Assembly (NCBI GenBank): GCA_964608765.1
Contig: CAZSPD010000001.1
Span: 6,373 to 70,372 of the forward strand
Direction of reading: 5' to 3'
DNA: 64,000 nt
From: Candidatus Woesearchaeota archaeon
GTDB taxonomy: Archaea; Nanobdellota; Nanobdellia; Pacearchaeales; GW2011-AR1
A program made the position numbers and the translations under genes. This document shows positions 27,469 to 36,247 of this stretch, one piece after another; position 1 is the stretch's first letter, and each line of letters starts with the position of its first letter. The notes under the pieces were generated by a model. It did no database searches. It was not told the origin of the DNA and was given only the letters and a program-made list of their open reading frames with translations.

Positions 27469-27803
27469 TCTCTTTTTTGTGTTTTATATTTTATAAATTC
27501 TTTGTTAAAATCATATACAATAAATAAAATCATAATTCCTAAAACTACTATAGATAAAGGATTAAAATCAATTGCCCTTTGAAACTCTCCTCTCAATAAG
27601 CATGAAACTCCCCTGGTTATTCCAACAGAATAACAATATTTTCCAAATATCTTAGAACAAATAGAAAATTCATGTGTTTTTTCAATAATGTAAAATGGGA
27701 GTGCTCTTAATAATATTAAAACACCTAAAAAAGTAAAAAATCTGTATTTTGGATAACTTAAACTAATTAGTTTAGAAAAAAAATTCTTTAATCGTGAACC
27801 CAT
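27435..27803 (-). CDS. DUF2752-like small membrane protein
   Basis: C..C..G..C....G.TRG pattern (FSICSKIFGKYCYSVGITRGVSC) between two TM helices, as in DUF2752 proteins, which often accompany TM2-domain proteins. Confidence 0.45.
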   Translation of the reverse strand: MGSRLKNFFSKLISLSYPKYRFFTFLGVLILLRALPFYIIEKTHEFSICSKIFGKYCYSVGITRGVSCLLRGEFQRAIDFNPLSIVVLGIMILFIVYDFNKEFIKYKTQKREWLKRKKRVIK

Positions 27804-28054
27804 TTAATACCTTTAAATGGATGTTTTGTAGCAACAAGTATTAAGTCAACTAACCACCAAACTCCACACCCTCCAAAAGTTATTAGCTTGAGTATTCCTA
27901 GTCCAACATGTCCCATAATGAATCTATCTACACCTAATCCTCCAAATATAATTGACATAATTAATGTTAATACCCAATTAACTTCTCTTTCATTTTTAGG
28001 AAGATTTTTTTTAGTGCTCTGTTTTTTATCTTCACCTTTTTTCTTTTTAGCCAT
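27788..28054 (-). CDS. TM2-domain protein
   Basis: GGLGVDRFIMGHVGLGILKLITFGGCGVWWLVDLILVA matches the TM2 (G.H+FY.G....G) two-helix motif. Confidence 0.6.
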   Translation of the reverse strand: MAKKKKGEDKKQSTKKNLPKNEREVNWVLTLIMSIIFGGLGVDRFIMGHVGLGILKLITFGGCGVWWLVDLILVATKHPFKGIKWVHD

Positions 28055-28083
28055 GTATTTACTAATGAACTCTCCTTTATAAA

Positions 28084-28485
28084 TTATCTATATGAAGTTT
28101 GTCTCTTAGCTCTAGCTTTAGAATCACCTGGTTTATTAGCTTCTTTTCTCCTTACATCTGCAACTAAAAGATGTTTATCATACTCAAAAAATACATCTTC
28201 TAGTTTTTCTGAGTTTGTGAATTTAATAATTGCTCTGGCTATAGCTAATCTTGCAGCATCAACTTGTCCTTTTTCTCCACCACCCTTCACAGATACCTTA
28301 ATATCAAAATTTATTTTTCCAAGTATTTTTTCTGCAATTATTATTGGCTCTTTTATTCTTAACATATCAAATTCATGCATATTTTCATAATTGATTTTAT
28401 TTAGAGTTATTTTTCCTGTTCCTTCTTTTATTTCTGCTTTTGCAATAGCAGTTTTTCTTTTACCTGATGCAATTATTTTACTCAT
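28084..28485 (-). CDS. rps9: 30S ribosomal protein S9 (uS9)
   Basis: GKRKTAIAKAEIKEGTGKITLN and the C-terminal KARAKRQTSYR are typical of uS9. It overlaps rpl13 by 4 bp. Confidence 0.9.
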   Translation of the reverse strand: MSKIIASGKRKTAIAKAEIKEGTGKITLNKINYENMHEFDMLRIKEPIIIAEKILGKINFDIKVSVKGGGEKGQVDAARLAIARAIIKFTNSEKLEDVFFEYDKHLLVADVRRKEANKPGDSKARAKRQTSYR

Positions 28486-28874
28486 TTTGATAAATGCTCT
28501 ACTTTAATATGTTTTATTTCCTCCTTTTTATCCAATGAAATAGATTCCATGTCTTTTAGTTCTTGAGGCACACCTTTATAGCATATTATTCTTTTAAATG
28601 CCTCTTTTCCTCTTCCCCTCCTATGATCAGGAAGCATGCCTCTTATCGCTCTCTTCACTATTCTTTCACTTGACCTTGAAACTTTAGGTCCTATTTGCCT
28701 TGTTCCAACTCTACTTCTTTTTTGAAGAAATGCTTTTTCTGTAAATTCTTTATTTCCTGTTATAATAACCTTTTCACAATTAATTATTCTTATCTCTTCA
28801 CCTTTAAGAGACTCTTTAGCAACAAAACTAGCTAATCTTCCCAAAGCAGTATTTTCCCCATTAATTATCTTCAT
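28482..28874 (-). CDS. rpl13: 50S ribosomal protein L13 (uL13)
   Basis: MKIINGENTALGRLASFVAKESLKGEEIRIINCEKVIITGNK matches the uL13 N-terminal region. Confidence 0.9.
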   Translation of the reverse strand: MKIINGENTALGRLASFVAKESLKGEEIRIINCEKVIITGNKEFTEKAFLQKRSRVGTRQIGPKVSRSSERIVKRAIRGMLPDHRRGRGKEAFKRIICYKGVPQELKDMESISLDKKEEIKHIKVEHLSK

Positions 28875-29242
28875 TTTTTTAGTATCTTTATTCCTTTTCC
28901 ATTAGGATTTGATTTAATTTCGTCATGAATATATGATATTTGGCATTTTGAACTTAATAACTTTTCTTTAGCTTTATCTGAAAAATTTAATGCAATTATT
29001 TTAACTTTTTTATTTAATTCACCTTGAGAAAGAACTTTTCCTGGAATAAGTATTACCTCTCCTTCTTTTGATTGTTTATCTATATCATCAAGGTTCATGC
29101 ATATTCTCTTTCTTTTCGGAGTAGACAACATCCCAGCTACTGCAATCCATGCTTCTTGTTTTTTTGCACTATTAATTGTTTCAATTAATTCTGTATTGCT
29201 TTTTTTCTCTGTTTGTTTTGAGATTTTTGTTTTTGATTTCAT
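28871..29242 (-). CDS. rpl18e: 50S ribosomal protein L18e
   Basis: Sits upstream of rpl13-rps9 in the conserved archaeal order. The basic, ~120-aa sequence with a WIAVAGMLSTPKRKR segment is consistent with eL18. Confidence 0.8.
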   Translation of the reverse strand: MKSKTKISKQTEKKSNTELIETINSAKKQEAWIAVAGMLSTPKRKRICMNLDDIDKQSKEGEVILIPGKVLSQGELNKKVKIIALNFSDKAKEKLLSSKCQISYIHDEIKSNPNGKGIKILKK

Positions 29243-29410
29243 TTTTATTTATTCAATGAACAACAAACTAGTAAAGTTTAGAAATTAACTCTACTATCGC
29301 TTGCGCTCGCAGACAAATTGGTTAATTTTATTGGATTTATAAATTATTCGGTTCACAGTTAATTTGTTTAATTGAGTTATTTTAACAATCCGAACAATTT
29401 TCTTTTTTTA

Positions 29411-29494
29411 TGTGGGTGCTAGGATTCGAACCTAGGAAAGCACTAAGCTAAGAGATTTTGAGTCTCTCCCGTTTGACCGCTCCGGCACACCCAC
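29411..29494 (-). tRNA. tRNA-Leu (anticodon CAA), type II with a long variable arm
   Basis: Reverse complement folds as acceptor GUGGGUG/CACCCAC, anticodon stem AGAGA/UCUCU, loop CUCAAAA (anticodon CAA), a long variable arm, and T-arm CUAGG-UUCGAAU-CCUAG, with discriminator A. Confidence 0.8.
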
Positions 29495-29604
29495 ATTTAC
29501 CACATAAAATTAAAATTCTATAAAAACCTTTATTTTAATTTGATGTAATTGTACAGTAGGAACAAAATAAAAAGGTTTATAAATATTACAGCTAGTCTAT
29601 AATC

Positions 29605-30060
29605 ATGAACCTAAAAAAAATTAACTTAAATTCACTAAAAGAACTTGAAAAACCTGGAATATCTCCTTTTTCAGAGAGTAAAGCATTTGATATGATAGGT
29701 CAAGAGAGAATAATTTCTTTAAAAAAAGCTATTTTTGAGATAAAGCAACTTATTGAAGAAAGAAAGCAATTGAGCTTAGGTTTCATAAATGAAGGGGAAG
29801 CAATAAAATCTGAAATAAGTAATCTAATACTCGCAAATGAAAGCACAATTAGAGCGCTCGGGCAAAATGAGGCTCTTATTGAAAAAAATGCTTTAAGAAA
29901 TAAAAAAATTGAAATTTCTGAACTACAATTAAATGAGAAAATTGATTGCTGGAAAGACATAGCCCTTCTAAAAAAGGAGCTTAGAGTATATGAGAAAGAA
30001 TTAAGTGAAAAAGAAAGCAGAGTTAAGGAATTAAATAATATTTTAGAAGGAGAAGATTAA
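29605..30060 (+). CDS. Coiled-coil protein (hypothetical), first gene of an antisense operon
   Basis: E/K/L-rich heptads. It is followed by two genes at 1-bp spacing. Confidence 0.5.
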   Translation: MNLKKINLNSLKELEKPGISPFSESKAFDMIGQERIISLKKAIFEIKQLIEERKQLSLGFINEGEAIKSEISNLILANESTIRALGQNEALIEKNALRNKKIEISELQLNEKIDCWKDIALLKKELRVYEKELSEKESRVKELNNILEGED

Positions 30061-30061
30061 A

Positions 30062-30397
30062 ATGAAAACTCTAATAAAAACCCCTGATTTTTACCTTCAA
30101 AAAGAGTTAGCAGATTCTTATTTATGGGAACTTGATTTTCAAGAAAAAATTATTGACAAATCTACAAAATACAATTCAGAAGACTTCCTAGAAAAAGCAA
30201 TAGGGCTCTATAAGAACATCTTTAGTTTAAAGGAAGGAGATTCTTATCTAGAGTATGTTTGCGGACATCTTGGACTCAATAAACAATCTATCCTTAAAAC
30301 TCTTGGAAAATTATACTCTGAACAATTATCTCTTTTAAGAAAAATAGGTATAAAAAATGCTTCTTATCCAGATAAACTAGAGGATTTAATAATTTAA
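30062..30397 (+). CDS. Hypothetical protein, 111 aa
   Basis: ORF tightly packed between the coiled-coil gene and the ATPase gene. Confidence 0.45.
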   Translation: MKTLIKTPDFYLQKELADSYLWELDFQEKIIDKSTKYNSEDFLEKAIGLYKNIFSLKEGDSYLEYVCGHLGLNKQSILKTLGKLYSEQLSLLRKIGIKNASYPDKLEDLII

Positions 30398-30398
30398 A

Positions 30399-32426
30399 GT
30401 GAATTACAATAAACAAATTTCAGTAGAAGAAATAAGTTCAAAACTTAAACCGATACTTGGAAGGAGAATAGATGAACTTTATTTTAGATATTCTGTTTCT
30501 GAATCGCAAGAAGAAAGAATTCAAATTATTCAAATTTTAAGTGCATTATATCAAAAATATTTGGGGCAATTTTTAGACAAGAAAGTATTACTTGAGCCCC
30601 CTAAACAAACAGATGTTTCAGGAGAATATGAACTTTCAAAAGTAATTTATGCAGAAAAAGAATTATTTCCTTTTGCATTAAGAGAAGAAGATTGGCCTAG
30701 ACACGTTTGTATAAGTGGAATGAGTGGTTCAGGAAAAACTACTTTTGCATTTAATATTCTTAAGGAATTTATTAAAAAAGATAAACCTTTTTTAGTGTTT
30801 GATTGGAAAAAGAGCTTTAGACCGTTAATTAATCATGATCCCAATGTAATGTGTTTTACAGTTGGAAATAACTCTATAAGTAATTTATTTAAAACAAATA
30901 TTAATATACCTCCAAAAGGGGTTTCACCTAAAGAGTGGATTAACACACTATGTGATTTAATAACTGAAAGTTTTTGTGTTTCATTCGGAGTTCATAAAAC
31001 ACTCTTAGAGACTCTTGATGAAGTTTTTGAGGGATGGGGTGTTTACAAAGGTTCTACACACTATCCAAATTGGCAACATATTAAGAAGATGCTTGAGATA
31101 AAGTCTAGAGAAGCAAGAGGAAGAGAAGCAGCTTGGTATGAAAGCGCCCTTAGGATAGCTACAGTTTTGACTTTTGGAGATTTTGGAAAAGTTATTAATT
31201 ATGAAGGTAAGAAGAGCATATCTATTGAAGAGATATTTGATAAGAAAATAATTTTTGAACTAAACTCACTTAGTAATATAGAAAAGAAGTTTTTTTCAGA
31301 ATATGTTTTATCATATATTTTTAAATTAAAAAAATCTAACTCTGAAAAAACAATAAATGAATTTAATCACGCAATTTTAGTGGATGAAGCCCATAATATT
31401 TTCCTTAAAGAAAAAACGCATTTTGTGTCAGAGTCTATTACAGATGTAATATATAGAGAGATGAGGGAGTATGGAACTTGTTTAATATGTTTGGACCAAC
31501 ATGTATCTAAATTAAGTGATACAGTAAAAGGAAATAGTGCGTGCCATGTTGCATTTCAACAACAATTACCTCAAGATATATACGATATAAGTTCTATAAT
31601 GCAATTATCTGAAAAAAGAGATGTTTTTACACATCTTCCAGTAGGATATGCAATTGTTAAGCTTTCTGAAAGACACACTCGTCCTTTTTTAATAAAAGCC
31701 CCATACATTGATTTAAAAAACTCTTCTATTCCAGATAATAAAATTTCGACTAAAATGGATTATATAGCAAGGATAGCAGAAGTTGAGAAGGATGATTTAG
31801 AATTTAAAAAAGCATTGATCGATGTAGCTACACCTTCAACAATAAATTCAATATCTATGGTATCTAATATCCAACCCAAATCAACTACTCCAAAACTAGA
31901 CAAGGATCTGTCTTCAAATAAACAATCCAGAAAAGAAGCTAAGCTAACAAGTACACAAGAAGTCCTTTATGAATTTATACAAAAACAAGTTAAAGTGAAT
32001 GGACTTCAAATAAAAGAAGCAGAGAGAACATTAGAAAAAGGACTTTCAGAGGGTCTTTACAAAGAATTAGATATACTTCTTGCAACAAACTATTTCTTTG
32101 AAAAAGAAATGAGTAATAAATATTATTTAGATTTAGAATTTAAAGAGAACAAGGACTATTGCATAGATGATACATTTAGTCAAAAAAATATTTTAAATAA
32201 TAATATTGTAGACAAGGTTCAATACTCTGCTGATGAGCAAGCACTTTTAAGCTTCTTATACAAAAATCCTAATCATTATTTAAGTACAGTTGAATTATAT
32301 AAACATGCAAGTGTTTCTTCAAGAAAAGGAAATATTGCTAAAAATAATTTATTACTCAAAGGAAAAATTAAAATACATGAAGAAAGAAGTAATACGGGAT
32401 GGAAAAAAATAATAAGATTAATATAA
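30399..32426 (+). CDS. Soluble HerA/FtsK-superfamily (DUF87-like) P-loop ATPase with a ~230-aa C-terminal extension (possible winged-helix domains); GTG start
   Basis: Walker A HVCISGMSGSGKTTFAFN is followed by FLVFDWKKSF (HerA-type hhhhD.kgEy) and Walker B ILVDEAHNIF. No TM segments. The C-terminal region is basic and helix-rich. Confidence 0.7.
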   Translation: MNYNKQISVEEISSKLKPILGRRIDELYFRYSVSESQEERIQIIQILSALYQKYLGQFLDKKVLLEPPKQTDVSGEYELSKVIYAEKELFPFALREEDWPRHVCISGMSGSGKTTFAFNILKEFIKKDKPFLVFDWKKSFRPLINHDPNVMCFTVGNNSISNLFKTNINIPPKGVSPKEWINTLCDLITESFCVSFGVHKTLLETLDEVFEGWGVYKGSTHYPNWQHIKKMLEIKSREARGREAAWYESALRIATVLTFGDFGKVINYEGKKSISIEEIFDKKIIFELNSLSNIEKKFFSEYVLSYIFKLKKSNSEKTINEFNHAILVDEAHNIFLKEKTHFVSESITDVIYREMREYGTCLICLDQHVSKLSDTVKGNSACHVAFQQQLPQDIYDISSIMQLSEKRDVFTHLPVGYAIVKLSERHTRPFLIKAPYIDLKNSSIPDNKISTKMDYIARIAEVEKDDLEFKKALIDVATPSTINSISMVSNIQPKSTTPKLDKDLSSNKQSRKEAKLTSTQEVLYEFIQKQVKVNGLQIKEAERTLEKGLSEGLYKELDILLATNYFFEKEMSNKYYLDLEFKENKDYCIDDTFSQKNILNNNIVDKVQYSADEQALLSFLYKNPNHYLSTVELYKHASVSSRKGNIAKNNLLLKGKIKIHEERSNTGWKKIIRLI

Positions 32427-32759
32427 GTTAATTACACTATTGCCCTTAGTCAAAATCATATTCACACACATCGAACCAAGAAATAACCCTTCATTTCAAA
32501 TATACTGAAATCGAAAATAAAGAAGATTTCATATAAATTTGATTTGAATTTACACCTTGTTGAACCAAACAACGTGAAATACCTTGTAATGTCACTCAGA
32601 CACAAACCAAGAAACTGAAAACACAAAATAAAATAAAATTACTCAAAATTTACTTAGTGGATATCTTGTTCTTTACCTGAAATATCCTGAAAAACCCTGT
32701 AATAACCTCGATAAAAGCTTCTAATATATTCTAGCTAATAACTAATAATAACAATAATC

Positions 32760-33056
32760 ATGAAAACATTTTTTATAAATTTACTCAAAGTAATGATGTA
32801 TTCTTCATTTACTTTAAGTGTTCTATTTGTCCTTCTTTTTCCTTTTTTAGAAATAGAAGCAACAGAAACTACTCCTTGCTACGAGTCTCCCATTCAATTT
32901 TGGGATACTTTAAAAAACATAATAGATCATCTTTTTAATTCTCTTAAAATAGATTTTAGAGTAACCCAATTAGAGATTTTTATATTTTTACTTGCCTTTT
33001 CTTTAGCCTTTGGGTTTCTTTTTAAGTGGATATTAAGAAGACTTGAAAATATGTAA
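32760..33056 (+). CDS. Small membrane protein (hypothetical)
   Basis: Two hydrophobic helices in a 98-aa ORF. Confidence 0.4.
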   Translation: MKTFFINLLKVMMYSSFTLSVLFVLLFPFLEIEATETTPCYESPIQFWDTLKNIIDHLFNSLKIDFRVTQLEIFIFLLAFSLAFGFLFKWILRRLENM

Positions 33057-33274
33057 AATTAATTTAATACTAACTAAAATTTTAACTTATGGAAAACGAG
33101 AAAGATTATTATTCTAAAAAATCTCCTAAAAAAGATTTGTCTGAGTTTATTGTCCCCTCTTTTCTCGCCCACACAAACCGTATAGGTAAACAGGAGAGAA
33201 AAACATCATCTAAAGCAACAAAGCTTTCAAAGAAAAAACCAAATGACCAATGATTTTAAGAAAGGGCCTTTGTT

Positions 33275-33694
33275 ATGGCTGAGATTAAAGATATTTCTCA
33301 CGATGAGATTATTCTCATCCCTGCAAAAAGCAGCTTTGAAGATTTAGATTACCCCTTTTCCCGCTATAAAGGAAATTTTTGCGGAGATAATGGAGAGTGT
33401 ACAACAACAGCGCACATAATATTGTTTAATTGTGCAGATGTAGCCAGAATTCCTTTTTTAGTTAATTTAGAGATTCAATGTCTAGAAAAATACATTTCAG
33501 AGAACCCTTACATCGAAGAAATTAGATTCCAGCTTGAATTTTTCCTAGCTTTAAAAGAGTATTTGATTGAAAGTTCTTTACAATATTCTCCTTCAGATAA
33601 TCTTATCCAGTTTATTTCTGAAAAATGCGTTCCCTCCATAAAAAAAGAAAATGTTATTTTTTTAAAGGGAGTTAAATGCTTAACAGGAGAATAA
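33275..33694 (+). CDS. Hypothetical protein, 139 aa
   Basis: ORF followed by a 12-bp inverted repeat. Confidence 0.4.
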   Translation: MAEIKDISHDEIILIPAKSSFEDLDYPFSRYKGNFCGDNGECTTTAHIILFNCADVARIPFLVNLEIQCLEKYISENPYIEEIRFQLEFFLALKEYLIESSLQYSPSDNLIQFISEKCVPSIKKENVIFLKGVKCLTGE

Positions 33695-33703
33695 TTATTT
33701 TCT

Positions 33704-33759
33704 GAAGGCTTCTGACTGAACTGTTTTTTCCCTATTTGATTTTCTTTTCAGAAGCCTTC
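33704..33759 (+). terminator. Inverted repeat GAAGGCTTCTGA ... TCAGAAGCCTTC (12-bp arms, ~32-nt loop) with an internal T6 run
   Basis: Perfect reverse-complement arms read directly, located 10 nt after the stop at 33694. Confidence 0.4.
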
Positions 33760-33905
33760 TTTAAATGAAATTTCATTACTAAATGATAAATAACTAAAAT
33801 AAGTAACATTCAAAAAAAAGGGAAATTAAAACAGTTCAAAAATGGGGTGAACTCCCACATGATTCTTGAGAATTTTTAATTGTTTAATTTTTAAATCTTA
33901 AAAAA

Positions 33906-34433
33906 ATGAAAAAGATTTTATTTTTAGCAGTGATTTTTGCTCTTGCTCTGGGAGCAGGCTGCAAAAGGAAAGTTGAACAAGCTCCTCCACCTCCACCTCC
34001 TACGCCTGTTGAAAAACAGAGTCAGCAGGAAATGATGAAGAGCTTTGTTCAGATTGTCTCCAATCTCAAACTAGGAGAAGTAATCCACTTTAAGGTAGAT
34101 AGGGAGAAATTCATCTCAGATTACTCTGCATTTGATGTCTCACTCTTTCCTACTGAGTTCTTTACTTCATCAGAAGAAAAGTATCTTTTGAAGTATATGT
34201 TTCCATCTGTTGTTTGGAGATGGGACGAGTTTCAGCTTCAGGTTTTAAATCTCGAGGAATATTATATTCACAGAGAAGATGGAGGGAAAGTTTGGATATT
34301 GAAAGAATCTCCAAAAGGAACACCTCCATTCAAAAATATTCCAACTGTTTTAGCTGAAGCAAGAGACGGAAACTTCTGGGTTCTTGATCAGAATGGAAAT
34401 GAGATGCCTCTCCGAGCTAATTTCGGAAAGTAA
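33906..34433 (+). CDS. Putative lipoprotein with a Pro-rich linker
   Basis: Signal peptide ending LALGAGC (lipobox-like Cys), followed by APPPPPPTPVEKQ. Confidence 0.5.
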   Translation: MKKILFLAVIFALALGAGCKRKVEQAPPPPPPTPVEKQSQQEMMKSFVQIVSNLKLGEVIHFKVDREKFISDYSAFDVSLFPTEFFTSSEEKYLLKYMFPSVVWRWDEFQLQVLNLEEYYIHREDGGKVWILKESPKGTPPFKNIPTVLAEARDGNFWVLDQNGNEMPLRANFGK

Positions 34434-34470
34434 TCTTATCTATCTAATTCTAACATTGACTCGTAAAATT

Positions 34471-34505
34471 GCCTGATAGAGTATAAATAAATCAGGCTTT
34501 TTTTT
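34471..34505. terminator. Hairpin GCCTGAT-(13 nt)-ATCAGGC followed by T8, between convergent genes
   Basis: 7-bp perfect stem plus an oligo-T tract read directly. Archaeal termination at T-tracts is established. Confidence 0.5.
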
Positions 34506-34577
34506 GATTAAACATATGAAAATAAATTCATATATTATTACATCCAAAAATACTTTTAGTCATAAAACACCTAAAAT

Positions 34578-35285
34578 CTATTTTCCTAGTTTTTTAGAAA
34601 TATCAACTAAGTCTTTTTTTAAACATTCAATTGATTTAGTAAATATTGCCTTAGGGTCAATATGCCCAAATGATTCTAATTCAATTATCATCTCTTTATT
34701 TGGTTTTACTTCAATTTTTTTTCCTAATTTTTCTGCAACACCGTCACAAATATCTGTTATTTCTCTTTCTTTATTATCTATTAAAATATATTTATCTCCT
34801 TTTTGTTTTATTTCAGTATCAGGTAATAGGCTTTTTATTTTTTCAGCAGTTTCTTTATCAACATAGATTTCAGAAGCCTCTCTATAATTTAATAGTCCAG
34901 GAGTAAATTTAGCGTGGTCTTGTCCTTTACCCATTTTAATATTAGCTACAATTTCTATTTCTTGTTCCTCGTCAAGTATAGTAAGAGGTATTCTATCATA
35001 AGCCACTTCAAAATCCCCTTTTAATAACTCTGAGTAAACTGTTCCTTTGTTCTTAGTATTTAATTTTAATTTACCCTCTTTTTTTGAATTTTGTTTTAAA
35101 GGAACTAACCCTAATCTATGAGCGAGTGTTTCATCATATAAAGGAGAATCATTTTTAGATATTTCAACTTCATCAATTGCAGCAATTAATATTTGTCCAA
35201 CATATCTTCTTATTGAATTAATTAAACTATCCTCTATTTCTGCTTTGAAAATATACTTATCTTTTGTTTTATTTATTGTTTCCAT
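34578..35285 (-). CDS. rpoD: DNA-directed RNA polymerase subunit D (Rpo3/RpoD)
   Basis: N-terminal SLINSIRRYVGQILIAAIDEVEI and ETLAHRLGLVPL are typical of the Rpb3/RpoD dimerisation domain. It lies immediately downstream of rps11, as in the conserved archaeal cluster. Confidence 0.8.
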   Translation of the reverse strand: METINKTKDKYIFKAEIEDSLINSIRRYVGQILIAAIDEVEISKNDSPLYDETLAHRLGLVPLKQNSKKEGKLKLNTKNKGTVYSELLKGDFEVAYDRIPLTILDEEQEIEIVANIKMGKGQDHAKFTPGLLNYREASEIYVDKETAEKIKSLLPDTEIKQKGDKYILIDNKEREITDICDGVAEKLGKKIEVKPNKEMIIELESFGHIDPKAIFTKSIECLKKDLVDISKKLGK

Positions 35286-35750
35286 TTAAACTCTACGTCC
35301 TCTTCTTCCTCCCTTCTTCTTTGGTCCCCCGCGCGGAACTCTTGTTGTATCTAATATATTTATTATTTTAAATCCTTCCCTTGATAGACTTTTTATAATA
35401 GCATTAGCGCCAGGCCCTGGACCAGTATTCCCTGTTTTAGCTCTTATTCTTACATATAGGGATTTAATTCCTTTATCTTTCATTTCTTCTGAAATTCTTT
35501 TTGCAATGAACATTGCGATTGTAGGATTTGCCTTTAATCTACTATGTTTTGTAACCATCCCTCCTGAGACTTTAGAGATTGTTCTTCCAGATGCATCAGT
35601 TACATGAGCTATTGTGTTATTAAATGAAGTGTAAATATTAAGAACAGCTTCTATTTCCTTTTCTTTTTTCTTAATAATTTGCTTTTTTTCAAGTTCTTTA
35701 TCTGGAGTTTCTTTTTCTAAATCTTTTTCTTTTATTTCTTCTTGTGCCAC
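35286..35750 (-). CDS. rps11: 30S ribosomal protein S11 (uS11)
   Basis: AHVTDASGRTISKVSGGMVTKHSRLKANP...TGPGPGANAIIKSL are uS11 signatures. Confidence 0.9.
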   Translation of the reverse strand: MAQEEIKEKDLEKETPDKELEKKQIIKKKEKEIEAVLNIYTSFNNTIAHVTDASGRTISKVSGGMVTKHSRLKANPTIAMFIAKRISEEMKDKGIKSLYVRIRAKTGNTGPGPGANAIIKSLSREGFKIINILDTTRVPRGGPKKKGGRRGRRV

Positions 35751-35751
35751 T

Positions 35752-36246
35752 TTATTCCTTATCTCCCTTTTCTATTTTTTTATCTTCTTTTTTTAGAGTT
35801 TTTTTATTTTTTAAAGTTATTTTATTTTCAAGTTCAACTGGAACAATATACGAGGGTGCGCTTACTGCTCTTCCATTAACTAAAATTTTTTTGTGTACAA
35901 TTAATTGTCTAGCTTGTTTAGTGCTATAAGCTATTTTATTTGTAAATACTACTGTCTGCAATCTTCTTTTAAGGTAGTCTTTTTTATCTAAAGATAAAAC
36001 AGATGAAATTGAATCTACATTTAATCCTATTTTATTTAATTGGTCAAATAATGCTTGCTGCTCTTCAGGTTTAGCTGAGATTAATTTTTTAGCCTTTTCC
36101 CTCATTGTTTTTATTTTTGCTTCAGCTTTCCAGATTTCTTTTTTATTCTTTAATCCAAATTCCTCAATTATTTCTCCTTCCTCACTTATCCTTGATTTGT
36201 CAAAAGGTCTCTTCGGTTTTGAGTATCTTTTATGTTTTCTTTTCAT
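35752..36246 (-). CDS. rps4: 30S ribosomal protein S4 (uS4)
   Basis: N-terminal KRKHKRYSKPKRPFDK and S4-domain residues. It lies between rps13 and rps11. Confidence 0.85.
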   Translation of the reverse strand: MKRKHKRYSKPKRPFDKSRISEEGEIIEEFGLKNKKEIWKAEAKIKTMREKAKKLISAKPEEQQALFDQLNKIGLNVDSISSVLSLDKKDYLKRRLQTVVFTNKIAYSTKQARQLIVHKKILVNGRAVSAPSYIVPVELENKITLKNKKTLKKEDKKIEKGDKE

Positions 36247-36247
36247 T

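Noticed and set aside
29286-29320. GC-rich patch (ATCGCTTGCGCTCGCAGAC) in the AT-rich rpl18e upstream region, considered as a small RNA or att site
   Set aside because: There is no box C/D, no hairpin symmetry and no repeat elsewhere in the window. Evidence is insufficient.
33099-33263. 54-aa basic ORF (MENEKDYYSKKSPKKDLSEFIV...) upstream of 33275
   Set aside because: It is below the size threshold, has no motif support and no clear Shine-Dalgarno sequence. It could be real but is unsupported.
34504-34906. Plus-strand ORFs 34504-34866 and 34670-34906
   Set aside because: They lie antisense to rpoD, translate to low-complexity products, and rpoD has strong homology support.
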